This document shows positions 52,303 to 64,000 of a DNA stretch of 64,000 nt, one piece after another. Position 1 is the stretch's first letter. Every line of letters begins with the position of its first letter. Made by a program: the position numbers and the translations under genes. The notes under the pieces are model-generated. The model did not search any database and was not told the DNA's origin. It saw nothing but the letters and a program-made list of their open reading frames with translations. Source of the stretch: Octopus sinensis (taxonomy: Eukaryota); NCBI RefSeq assembly GCF_006345805.1, contig NC_043000.1, forward strand, positions 135,904,001 to 135,968,000. Direction: 5' to 3'.

Positions 52303-53236
52303 AAAATACGATATAGTAAGAGAGAAAAGAGAAAAGACAGAGTAATACACACACGCACATAAGCATACGGACAGAAAAAGGAGAAAATTAACACCAATAT
52401 TTAAATCTCCAATTCACAGAATTCAACATTTAATTCCAAATTTGTGAATTGGAAAACTGGAATTATTAATATGGAAATGTTTTGCAAAGATTTCTTTTCC
52501 TCTGACTAAGGATCTGGATAATTGAAACATTTAGTTGGTATGCTGAAGCTGATTAGTAAATTTATTGACATTTTCCCAGACAACGACTATGTTCATACCT
52601 CTCTGAACTGCATAAAGAAGAAACAATGCAAAACAAATAAAAAAAATATATATATTCAAAACAGAATTTAAAAAAGTAAAGAAAAAAAAATCAATGTAGA
52701 AACAAACATAAACAAGATTACAATATTTTTGCTTTTTTTTATTTATTTTTGTTTGTTTGTTTCTCTTTCGCTTTTGTTCTTATTCAAAACGATGCATGAA
52801 TTAGTCAAATTTGCTTTGAGGCGACCTTGACAAATTAAGGAAAATACACAACAATAACAGGCAACACTACTACTACTACTACTACTACTACTAGTAGTAG
52901 TAGTAGTAGTAATTGTAGTAGTAGTAGGAAACAAAACTGAAAAAATATCTAAATAGGCCCATTTTTCAATTTTGGAATGATAATTGAAAATAAAGTCATT
53001 AATTTCCGTTGTTTTACTTCATTTATTTCAACTTTTACAGCAAATTGTTTTATGTATTTATCAATTTACTTATTTCTATGGGTAGTATAAACGTAGATAC
53101 ATGCATACATACATATACACACATACATACCCATACGCATCTACATACATATATATATAGATATGCATATGTATGTATGTATATATATATATATAAGTGT
53201 GTATGTGTATATACATAAATATGTATATATAGATAC

Positions 53237-53308
<72 letters not shown>

Positions 53309-54202
53309 TAAATAAAAATATATGCATACATACAAATATATATGTACGTACCTACATCTACATGTATATATACATGCATATATAAATAATTATACGTGAG
53401 TACAGGACACCACAATGAGACGTAGAAACGGGGAAAAAAACCCCCAAAAAAACCAAGAAAACGAAAAAACAAAAAACAAGAAAACGAAAAACATATATAT
53501 ATGTTTATTATATATTTAATTAGATAATATGTATATATATGTAATTCTGTGTGTGTCTTTGTGTGTGTGTGTATGAATAAATGTATGTATATACAGATAT
53601 TCAAATGCTCCTGATTGAGAGAAACTAGATTATATTTTCTTAGAAATTGATTGTTTTTATTTCCCAAATAAATTTCATCTAGAACACGAGTAATGAGATT
53701 ATGTGTAACTTGCTCTATTAGACTTAATTCACCGAACCATTCATGCCTGAAGTTTAGGCTGTTATCAATTTGTATTTCCTAATTAGAAATTTGAAATATT
53801 TTAGTTCCTTAGCTCATAATGCAGATGCATCTTTTCTGAACATATATAATGTTACTATTTTTCATATTGTTGCAAACAGATTCTGTGAAGTATTGAGTTC
53901 GATGAAATATTGATGTTAGGCAACCTTTAGATTTAATGCTCTGAAGTGTAGTGTCATGTAAAATTTCAAGTATTTGCAATGCTTTGTCTTGCAAATGAAG
54001 ACCGCTTATTAAATTTCTTCCTTTTTTTTTATCTAAGTGAAACTTACTTCAATTTCTTCCAATCCTATATTCACATATTAACTGTCTGACAGTGTGTCCC
54101 CAATCTGACCCTAAGTGTTGCCACCAATAATATTAAGGTAGTTCGTTTGTAGCTGCAACTTCTGGTGTCTTGGCTGGTCTTCTTAGAGCTCTGGAACTTG
54201 AT

Positions 54203-54420
54203 TTACTCTTTTACTTGTTTCAGTCATTTGATTGCGGCCATGCTGTAGCACCGCCTATAGTCGAGCATATCGACCCCAGGACTTATTCTTTGTAAGCCAT
54301 GTACTTATTCTATCGGTTGTCAAGCGATGTTGGGGGGACAAACACAGACACACAAACACACACACATATATATCTACATATACATATATACGACGAGCTT
54401 CTTTCAGTTTCCGTTTGTCC
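54203..54420 (-). mobile_element. SINE family C, 3' part
   Basis: TACTCTTTTACTTGTTTCAGTCATTTGA..CTTCTTTCAGTTTCCGT. Confidence 0.85.
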
Positions 54421-55123
54421 AGATTTACATTATTAGTGCCACACACACACACAGCGAATAACTTCCTAAATTCTTAGCCAAGATTCTATACGCAATTCAG
54501 ATTTTACTACGAGTTCATTTCTATTGTTCTTGGCACTTCCACTACAAGTTTTATGAGGGTCTACTATCAGACATAATAAGTTCTATTGTTTAAGTGAACA
54601 TTCCTCGGTTAAATATAGTTCAGGAAAGAAAAACCCAATACTTTCCACATGTATAGTACCCAAATTCAGTTCTATTTCTTTCATCTCTATCGCCTTTTTC
54701 GCTTGGCCGCTAGCAGAAAGGAGCACTTCACGTATGGTTTGTCACGGTTGGACTACACAACTTTCACTTCTCTACTTGCCAAATCGGAGAAACAAATTCT
54801 CATCCTTCCACCTGTTCTCCTATTAGTTAGTAAAAGATAAACTTAACTACCTTCAAAATGGGTAACAGAACTGCAAATAATCTTTATACAACAAAAACTC
54901 GAATTTATATCTCTTGATACGAAAACAGTTTTAATAAACCAAGAATTTATGTCTTATGATATTTGGTATATCTTTATTTCTCTTCGTTCATCATGTATAT
55001 GCCACTGGCCATTCTGAGTTATTTCTCTTATATCAACCAATAATTGTCTCTCTGTCATTTGTTTGCTACATATAATCATTACACATACATTACACGTGTT
55101 CTTAAATGAATTTTGTATTAATA

Positions 55124-55152
55124 CTAGCAAAGAAACCCGGCGTTGCTCGGCA
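55124..55152 (-). mobile_element. Isolated Helitron 3' terminus
   Basis: Minus strand reads CCGAGCAACGCCGGG-TTTCTTTG-CTAG|T, the same hairpin as 48820-48847. Confidence 0.7.
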
Positions 55153-55177
55153 TTAAAATGGCATAGATGTTTTTTAT

Positions 55178-55462
55178 TGTTTTAGTTATTTCGGTCATGT
55201 GACTGCGACCATGGTGGATCACACCCTTTAGTCGAAGAAATCGACTCCAGGATTTATTCTTTGTAAGCCTAGTCCATATTCCGTCGGTGTGCATTGTCAA
55301 ACGGCTAAGTTACGGGGACGTAAACACAGCAACATCGGTAGTCAAGCGATCTTGGTGGTACAAACATACACACACAAACAAATATGCACATATATACGAC
55401 AGTTTTCTTTCAGTTTCCATGTACGAGATCCACTCACAAGGCTTTGGTGGATCTGAGGCTAC
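55178..55462 (-). mobile_element. SINE family C
   Basis: Collinear reverse-complement match. Confidence 0.8.
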
Positions 55463-55649
55463 AGAATATATATATATATGTGTGTGTGTGTGTGTATTAT
55501 ACAGGAGTAAGCATATAAATGTGAAACAAGGTGGACAAAAAGAGTACTCAAATACCAGAGTTAGAGTAATATACTTTATTAAAAGCAGCAGAAATATCAC
55601 AAAAACTGTTACTCGAGGTTACACGTTCCCAATTTCAGTCTGGTCAGAT

Positions 55650-56200
55650 TAAGAACATGAATAGAAGCGATGTCAGTCAGAAGCAAACGTCCATTTGCTG
55701 TTCTCACTGGAGCTACTGAAGAAGATTTTGGGCGATATACCTCCTTAACATAAGAGTACAAACCTTTGGCATCATTTCTATCAGCTGCGTCTTGTGCCCT
55801 TTTTGCTCTATCATTCCACCATTCGTGTTTAATTTTCCTTAGAGCAGTTTGCACTTCCTTTTCAGCTTTCTGTAAGCTTCGTTTGAGTTGCGGTTAAAGA
55901 ACTGAGAAAGGAGTGTGTTGCCTAAGTTTTGTTTTTTCTAAAAGTAGATCATGAATTTCTGCTGATCTATCTGAGAACCAGTCATTGGACTTATGTGATT
56001 TAAATCCCACTGACGAACTTGCAGCCTGAAATACTTTTGTTTTGAAATCTTCTCATAGATTGTTTGGGTCAAGATTGATACTTCCTATAGCTTCGCGGAA
56101 TATTGCAAGTTGCTTGATAATTTAAAGTTTGCAACATTTAACTTTTTGAGTACTTTAGGGACAGACTGTCCATTTTTAGGCATTATCGAAAAGTACGATA
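55650..56200 (-). mobile_element. RTE (BovB-like) LINE linker fragment
   Basis: ORF 55609-55854 reads LRKIKHEWWNDRA..AADRNDAKGLYSYVKEVYRPKSSSVAPVRTANGRLLLTD. Confidence 0.8.
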
Positions 56201-56446
56201 AGGGATTTACAAATGCAAATAAAAACTATATATAAATATAAAAAAAGTAAAAGATATGCAATAAATATAAATATGTTTATAAAAGTAAAAGTATACATAT
56301 ATAAACATATAAAAAATATATAAAAAGGGTACGATGTGTGAATAAGAATTTAATAAGAATTAAATATAAATAATGTATATAAATATAAAGAAAAGTAAAG
56401 GATATGCAATTGAAGGATATAAAATAATATATATGTAAATGTAAAA

Positions 56447-56494
<48 letters not shown>

Positions 56495-56529
56495 TATATA
56501 TATATAATATATATATATACATATTTACA

Positions 56530-56732
56530 GATATTTTGTTGGATGGCCGTTGACTGTTCAGGAGTTCCCCCGTCCTTTGACAGGTCTTATTTTTCATCCC
56601 GCAGGGTGTCCAACAACACTCTCCTCACCAAGCAAGCCTGGTGTGGTTACTAGTTTAGTCGCCGCCGACCTGACCATGCGACACGTTGCACTGGATTACA
56701 TGTTACCAGTAGCACCACTCAGGAGTAACCTC
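56530..56732 (-). mobile_element. Probable RTE 5' UTR fragment
   Basis: GC-richer island in the same orientation as, and upstream of, the 55.7-kb RTE piece. It shares GCATGG..GGCGACTAAA with the 33.1-kb RTE 5' end. Confidence 0.55.
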
Positions 56733-56760
56733 ACACACACACACATACATATATATCATG

Positions 56761-56831
<71 letters not shown>

Positions 56832-56990
56832 GTTTAAATATTTGTTGTGCAAGATTTTTTGTGTGAAGTCGTGTGTTGAAACAGATATTGTTATATTTCG
56901 GAATGGTCATTTTGCCAGTTTAGCCAATAAAAACACACGCACTATATATTTGGTGTTATTTATTTTTTACATTAATCTTAATCTTATTTC

Positions 56991-57035
56991 GGCCAGAGTT
57001 CTTTCGTCACACTCCTGTGACCGCATCAGTGGTCC
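56991..57035 (-). ncRNA. Degenerate hammerhead motif in a pLTR-like fragment
   Basis: Minus strand reads CCA-CTGATGC-G-GTCAC-AGGAGT-GTGAC-GAAA-GAAC-TC-TGG (A9C). Confidence 0.55.
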
Positions 57036-57324
57036 TTTGTTTTCTTCTTTCTTATTTGTGTCTCTCCTTACTAACCGTCAACCATTTTGTATTTCTATTG
57101 TATGTCTTCATTTGCGCATGCTTATATCTCTATGTGCGTTTATATTTATTTAGTGTGTGTATGTGGGGGGATGCCTGTAATATTTGTATCTTCTGTTTAT
57201 ATATGTTCATGTAATTTGTAATTTTATATGTTCATGTAATTTGTATTTTTTTGTTTTTGTTTTTGTTGTTTTTGTTTTTGTTTATTCTTATTTTGTTCAC
57301 TAATAGGTATTTCCTCTGTCTTTA

Positions 57325-57480
57325 CTTTCTGAGCTCAAATTCTTCCGAGGTCGACTTTGCCTTTTATCCTTTCGGAGTCGATAAATTAAAAGTACCAGTT
57401 TCATACTGGGGTCGATCTAATCGACTGAACTCCTTCCCCAAAATTTCGGGCCTTTTGCCAAGAGGAGAAAAGAATATTAC
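57325..57480 (+). mobile_element. SINE family B, 5'-truncated
   Basis: CCGAGGTCGACTTTGCCTTTTATCCTTTCGGAGTCGATAAATT. Confidence 0.85.
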
Positions 57481-59397
57481 GTTCTGCTTTCACCTGACGC
57501 CTTACTCTAAAGCACACGTACATGCTCTAACAAGTGGTTATTAGTATCGCTAAGCCAAAGCAAAATCATAACATATGTTTGTACGTGTTTGTATGCGCAT
57601 TTCATTTAATATATTTTATCCAGGTACCATGGCTAAATCATCAGGAGTGATGATAGCTAATGGAACTTAAAATATTCTATATCTGTTCCTTTAAAATGTA
57701 TGAATGTTTCTTATTATTCAAACTGTTGCTCTCGGAATATTTTGAATGCAATGTATATATTTGAAAGGACACAAGCGTCTCTCAGTGATAACTTTATATC
57801 ATTCATGCTCTTCATCTGTGCAAATGATTATGTACAATGATTTATACGCAGTAGTTTATTTAGTTCAATAATCAGAAATTTATGTACTCTATACATTTTG
57901 AGTATTTTCTCCATAAATGTTTCTGTTGTTACGGATTATCTATGCAAAATTTGAATGTGGGACGATATGCGTCAGTCAACTAACATAAAAATAAATATAG
58001 CAAAATTCTTAAGCAGAACTTTGCAATAGGAAACAAGAATTATGCACCATATGGGAATTAACTTTGTGCAATATATAGGGAGGAGGTAGATATTATTCAG
58101 TAAAAACCAATAAACACATGAGGATGCTGTGGGATATCAAGGAGATTAACAAGGAACAGCATATTTAGATCCTCAAGAACATTTAAGAAACCACAGAGAT
58201 TAGATGACAGAGATAGTTCACTGACAGTTGTAGATAATTTCTGCTGTTTAAGACTTTGTTTAGTGCTGAAAGTCGTAGTATTGTATAAGAACGATGTTGA
58301 AGCAATCCAGAAAGCTATTATCCTATTGATGACAGAGTATCTCTCTCTCTCTCACCCTCTCCCTCTTTCTTTGTCTCTTTCACTGTCTCTCTCTCCCTAA
58401 ACGAAAGTGCGACACTTCAGTATGTATAAGGAATACAAAACCGTATGATATTGAAATATGGGGGAATGGAGAAAGCAGATGACCAAGCTATCCAATTATG
58501 TGCGATGGCAATTTACTAGGAAGAGTTCTTCACCTGCTGACATTGCCATTAAATTTTATGTTCTGCCATTTTCGTATTTGAAGTTGAATTAAGGAACTGC
58601 TTTTGCTTCAAAGGCTGTTGTGATCTGTGTTGGAGTGACAACTATGCTGGTATGGAAAAGTGAGGTGATTATAATGTATATACACTCCTTGCCATATTGC
58701 TGCCCTGCTTAAACGTTCTGTAAAATTTAAAGAAATAACGTTCGCATCATATTTCTTTTTATAAGAAAAGAGCAGAAAGCTTGAGTGGTTTTAATAATTA
58801 GTTAATGATTATTTAGTCCACGTTTATTTTCTAAGAATTCTCGCAAACAATGGAAATTGATTAAAACCTGAAAGACGTTTTCAGGAATTAATCATCAAAC
58901 CTGCTAAATGACCATATGACCACATGCATCACCTCTTTTGATTCATTTGCTTCTCATCAAATTGTCTTTGTTAATGCGCCATGGCATTTTTAATTGGATC
59001 GCGTTCTGTTGGTTGGGGGTGATCAGTCCAGATCTTCAAACTATTTCACATAAAAGTGGTTTTTTTTAACATTTGTGATTTGTAAATTGGGGATTGTATT
59101 GCTAAAAATCCAATCATTTGCACAACTCAGACCCTTATCCGAAGATAATTTATAATTTATTTTTGTTATCAAAATAACCTTTAATTTACATTAATTTATC
59201 AATGTTCACAATGCGATCTGATACCCACCAAAATATTTTGCCTTCTTGTCAATTTGTTCTTCACTGTGACAATCCACGATTATTTTACAAATTTTTAGCC
59301 AAATCTTAATAATTTGCTTAGAAGTATCACGATTGAAAACCTTCGGCAGATTTCTCTTGTATCACTCTCATTGCGTGCCGTGTCTGATCCATATTTT

Positions 59398-59600
59398 ATC
59401 TTTTACTTGTTTCAGTCTTTTGCCTGCTGTCATGCTGGTGCTTCTCCGTGAATAGTTTAGTTGAACAAATTAACCTCAGAACTTATTTTTTAAAGCCCAT
59501 TACTTATTTTATCAGCAATTTTTGCTGAGACTCTAATTTACAGAGACACAAACAAACCAGCGCCGCTTGTCAAACGGTTGTTGGGTAATATACACACATA
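59398..59600 (-). mobile_element. SINE family C 3' fragment, old
   Basis: TTTTACTTGTTTCAGTC..CATGCTGG. Confidence 0.7.
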
Positions 59601-59890
59601 CATAGATATATACATATATGTATATTGTAAAATGCTCAGAAATTTTATGTAGGGAAAAATATATTTTAATGAAATAAGATATTTACAAAGTCGACCGGTT
59701 TCGCTTATGTTAATCATGTCTAAAGAGTTAGTGATAATGTTATAATTCCATGCTGTCATAAAAATTTAGTGGGAGGAAGGATAATTTGTAAATCAATCGG
59801 GAAATATATAAATTTTGGAGTAGGTAACCTGCGATTATTATTATTTGAAGCAGGGGATGTAATTATCCATTTTATTTTGGGAAAGCGATG

Positions 59891-60110
59891 TACTCTTTTA
59901 CTTGTTTCAGTCATTTGACTGCGGCCATGCTAGAGCACCGCCTTTAGTCGAACAAATCGACCCCATGACTTATTCTTTGTAAGCCAAGTGCTTATTCTAT
60001 TGGATTCTTTTGCCGAACCGCAAAGTTACGGGGACGTAAACACACCAGGTTGTCAAGCGATGTTGGGGAGACAAACACAGACACACAAACATATACACGC
60101 GCATATATAT

Positions 60111-60187
<77 letters not shown>

Positions 60188-60422
60188 ATATATATCGGTG
60201 CCCCAGCATGGCCACAGCTCATAAGCTGAAACTGGAAAAAATCAAAAATCAATCATATACATATATACGACAGGCTTCTTTCAGTTTCCGTCTACCAAAT
60301 CCACTCACAAGACTTTGGTCGGCCCGAGGCTATAGTAGAAGATACTTACACAAGGTGCAACGCAGTGGGAATGAACCCGGAACCATGTGGCTGGTAAGCA
60401 AACTACTTACCACACAGCCACT
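59891..60422 (-). mobile_element. SINE family C with expanded internal microsatellite
   Basis: Full reverse-complement copy. A small opposite-strand SINE tail at about 60196-60250 is nested in the TA tract. Confidence 0.9.
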
Positions 60423-60424
60423 TC

Positions 60425-61075
60425 TTCATTATTTGTAGATTGAAAAAATATGTTTTATGAACTAAATTATATATTAATGTCCACTATTGGTTATATGCTC
60501 ATATTCAGGCGCGGTTGATATTTTTTCGATAAATGCAGTCTCTTTATTTTATTGTTGTTGTACAGAAGTTGTTCCATTGCATTGGTATGTAGGAAAATGT
60601 TGGTTTCGGTTGGAAATTCCACGCACATCTCTATGTGTTCGCTTATTGGTACTTGTCTATATCATTGGAAACTGAGTTGTTTCCTATACAGTGACATTTT
60701 TGTTTGTCCTATATAGTTGTGTCCACATCTTGATCAAGTTATGATGTAGATTAAAGATGCAGAGGTAAATTCACTGATAATTTTGAATCTTTGTCCTTGT
60801 TTAAAATGGAATTCTGAACTTGTCAGTTGGTTGAGACATGTTCTATAGTTAGGTCACTCACATCCTTTAACTCTAGGTTCCGTTGTTGGTGGATATGATT
60901 TCGCACCTGAAAGTATTCTCTTCAGTTTTTTTTTTTTATACTTTTGACGAATTTGTGTGCGCGGAGGATTTGGTTCATCTTATGGTCCCCTGTGAGCATA
61001 GGTAAATTTTGCATAATAGCATTGTATGCCTCATTGTTTCTAGGCTTTATTTTCATACAAGACCAGTTAAAATAA
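60425..61075 (-). mobile_element. Penelope-like element GIY-YIG endonuclease remnant
   Basis: Minus strand reads PRNNEAYNAIMQNLPML.., FHFKQGQRFKI..LIYIIT*SRCGHNYIGQT and YRQVPISEHIEMC. Confidence 0.85.
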
Positions 61076-63174
61076 TTTACGATAATTTTTAAAAATATTT
61101 CGATATACAATTGTTTTTATGACAGACGCATTAATTATAGGTAGGGATTTGTTTCAGAACATATAGGGATTAGTGTAGAAGTAGGTGAGGAAAGATCAGC
61201 TTTTAAGGAATAAATGTTACTATCAAGTTTTAGAATACTAGGACTCTCATCAAAATTATCTCTATGTTCATTATTTGTATTGCTATTGTTACTGTCACTG
61301 TTGTTCAATGCTGTCCCCATTTCACAGTTTTTACTTCGTTATATACCTTAAAAGTGCAATCTTCACTAATGTTAGGTCGATAATTTGCATCAAAATTGCC
61401 TTTCAGTTTTGAGGTTGCCATGTTGTCCAGTAATAAGCAAATGCTTGCCATGTTACCATGTTAATATTTTCCAATTTTCTTAATCTCATTTATTAGAAGA
61501 CCATCATTATCTAGCACAGACATCAAGATAGCAGTGAAAAGGCAGATACTCATCTTCTTCCGGAGAACCATTAACGTCATTTTCTTCGTAAAACTTCATA
61601 AATCTTGTTTGCGATACGCTTCTTTCTCCAAATTCAGAAAGTTGATAATTGTTTCTTGAACTATTTTACTTAGCTGTCTAGTCTTCTTTTCCCCGAGGCC
61701 CTATCCTCTTTGGTTTTGTTTTATGCTCAAACGCTAGCAGTTGTGTGAAAAGGAAAGTCCATGATCGAACAAGACATCAATACCATTGGTGCCATTTACA
61801 TATTTTTTTAGGATATCATTCTAGTTTATTATTTACTTATTTCGGATTTTGTTTACTTGGTAATTGTTCATACTTTCAGGTTTCCAGAACCAATTACATT
61901 ATTCTTCCAGTCTAAACCTTGTAATGCATATTCAGTACATATTTCTTCTTTTTTACCTCATTTTACGTTATTGCCTTGTTGCAGTAGATTCCTTTTCAAG
62001 TAGACTTTTTAAAAACTTTGTTTCTTATTTTATTATCTTTGAGGAAGGAAGATTGGTAGAATCGTTAGATTACAGAGTCCATGAATGAGGAACACTGCCA
62101 AATGTTTATTTGTTAATCAGAACATGTTATACTCCATTGCCTGCAGTTTTCGGTTATAATTTGTTCATCAGTAATTAATCTTTACAACCATATGAAATTT
62201 TGTAGCAGTACATGTATTCTTTGGAAAGATTATTTTTTCTGATAATTATTTATTGTTTTCGATATTGTAGCATTCAAAGCCTTATACATTTATAAGTTTG
62301 TAGATTTGAAATCAGCTGTTTCATTAGTATTGGAGAATATGATGGTTTTCCCAGATGATGTGATTTTTCCCACTTGAAAAGGTTAACTAATTGTTACCGC
62401 ATTTCATATGTTAATCAGAAGTTTAGAACGTCCACTTTTACCGTTCTGGTGTTGTTATTGCTTCTTGCAATTAATGAGATGGTGCTGTACTTATTTTCAA
62501 GAGACACGGTGCTTGGAGATTCATTTGCTATCGATATTCCTCTCCCGAATTCTTTTCCAGCTGTTGGCATTGAATTGATTTTTGATTTTGTTTTTACGTA
62601 ATTCTTGGAAAAAATGTTTTTCATTGAACTTAAATTGTTTGTTCTCTTCAAAGAATCGCCGCCGTTTATCATAACGACGGACTGTTTGAAGTTAAGCACA
62701 CATGACTTGTTTTAATTCTTTGATTTCAGGTAGTTTCTGTTTGTTTATTTATTATTTTTGTACAATTTGTATCTTCCTTAGTCTCCAGTTATTGATATCA
62801 TTAAAGATTCAGTGAGAATATATTTTGATTTCTGTCCGTCACTGCATGCTTGTTTTCTACGTCATCTGAGGGAGTTTAGACGTTCCAATATGGGTCATTT
62901 TGCTGAAATACAAACTTTCATTATTTCGCTGCTGGTGCATATATTGTTTCATTTATAGTTGTGATATGGATGTTGACATCTATTTCCAGTAAGTATAAAT
63001 GGTTATGTACGTGTTTTTATTGGGGCTACTATTTTAACGGTAAAGATTTACTTGGGAGAGTGCTTTGCATCGCTCCATTTGCATCGCTACAATTGGTAAC
63101 AATAGCATTGAGAGCATTTGCAACGCAAGTCTGTACCGGATATAAAGTAAAAAGTATTGAACTTACACATATAT

Positions 63175-63583
63175 AGGCGCAGGAGTGGCTGTGTGGTAAG
63201 TAGCTTGTTTACCAACCACATGGTTCCGGGTTCAGTCCTACTGCGTGGCACCTTGGGCAAGTGTCTTCTACTATAGCCTCGGGCCGACCAAAGCCTTGTG
63301 ATTGGATTTGGTAGACGGAAACTGAAAGAAGCCCGTCGTATATATGTATATATATATGTATGTGTGCTGTATGTTTGTGTGTCTGTGCTTTTCCCCCTAG
63401 CATTGCTTGACAACTGATGCTGGTGTGTTTATGACCCCGTAACTTAGCGGTTCGGTAAAAGAGACCGATAGAATAAGTACTGGGCTTACAAAGAATAAGT
63501 CTCGGGGTCGAGTTGCTCGATTAAAGGCGGTGCTCCAGCATGGTTGCAGTCAAATGACTGAAACAAGTAAAAGAGTAAAAGAG
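63175..63583 (+). mobile_element. SINE family C, full length
   Basis: Near-identical to 28341-28751. Confidence 0.9.
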
Positions 63584-63589
63584 TATATA

Positions 63590-64000
63590 GATTTCAACAT
63601 TTTCCTTGCTTGTTTTGAAAATATTCTTCGACATTATTTTTTTCTTCGAGGGGTTTTTGTCTAGTGAAATAACAATACTTCTCAGTGAGAAAGCAATATA
63701 TTTCTTTATGTATTGCATGTATTGCACAGAAGGGTGTTGCTATAACAACCAGCTAGCTTCCTGTAGCTCCTTTCTATTGTTGATCTTGGGTTTCTTTTCA
63801 TGTATGAGGATAGCCTCAAAGATTCTAAGGTTGCCCCTGTTCCGCTGTGTTGCCTTGATGTGCACTGGGAATTCCCGAGTCTGGCATTTCCGTAGATGTT
63901 TCTTTACGGAAGTATCTGCCTGCATGTGTTCCTTTAATGCAAAATTCAGGGTCATAGATGGGGCATTTCCACAATGTGCACTCCTCAGAATAGTGAGGTG
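63590..64000 (-). mobile_element. Penelope-like GIY-YIG C-terminal remnant running off the window
   Basis: ORF 63740-63955 reads LKEH..SVKKHLRKC..LRIFEAILIHEKKPKINNRKE. Confidence 0.7.

Noticed and set aside
55560-55640. Hammerhead in the pLTR-like fragment at 55.5-55.6 kb
   Set aside because: GAAA and the 5' core are too degenerate to call.
59685-59765. Complete hammerhead at 59.7 kb
   Set aside because: Only GAAACCGGTC (minus strand) is clear; no matching 5' core or stem I.
97-60252. Numerous ORFs rich in YI, CV, HT, LSIY, poly-I, poly-N or poly-L
   Set aside because: They are translations of stop-free microsatellites, not genes.

Overview
AT-rich eukaryotic, gene-poor (intronic or intergenic) DNA. 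The microsatellite load and tRNA-derived SINE families resemble those I recognise from Octopus genomes (inference, not verified). I found no convincing host protein-coding gene. Almost all ORFs in the track are microsatellite artefacts or decayed transposon fragments. The window holds Tc1/mariner elements and MITEs, CR1-like, RTE and R4/Dong-like LINE fragments, Penelope-like element (PLE) remnants, a non-autonomous Helitron, a GG..CC foldback element with an 8-bp TSD, three abundant SINE families and a mutated tRNA-His. The most interesting signal is a set of at least six minimal type I hammerhead ribozyme motifs in short PLE-derived insertions. Their core 3:8 pair occurs as C-G, U-A and G-C. 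Four tail-plus-inverted-arm hairpin insertions share one architecture, and two of them carry hammerhead sequence. All coordinates were counted by eye, so boundaries may be off by a few bases.
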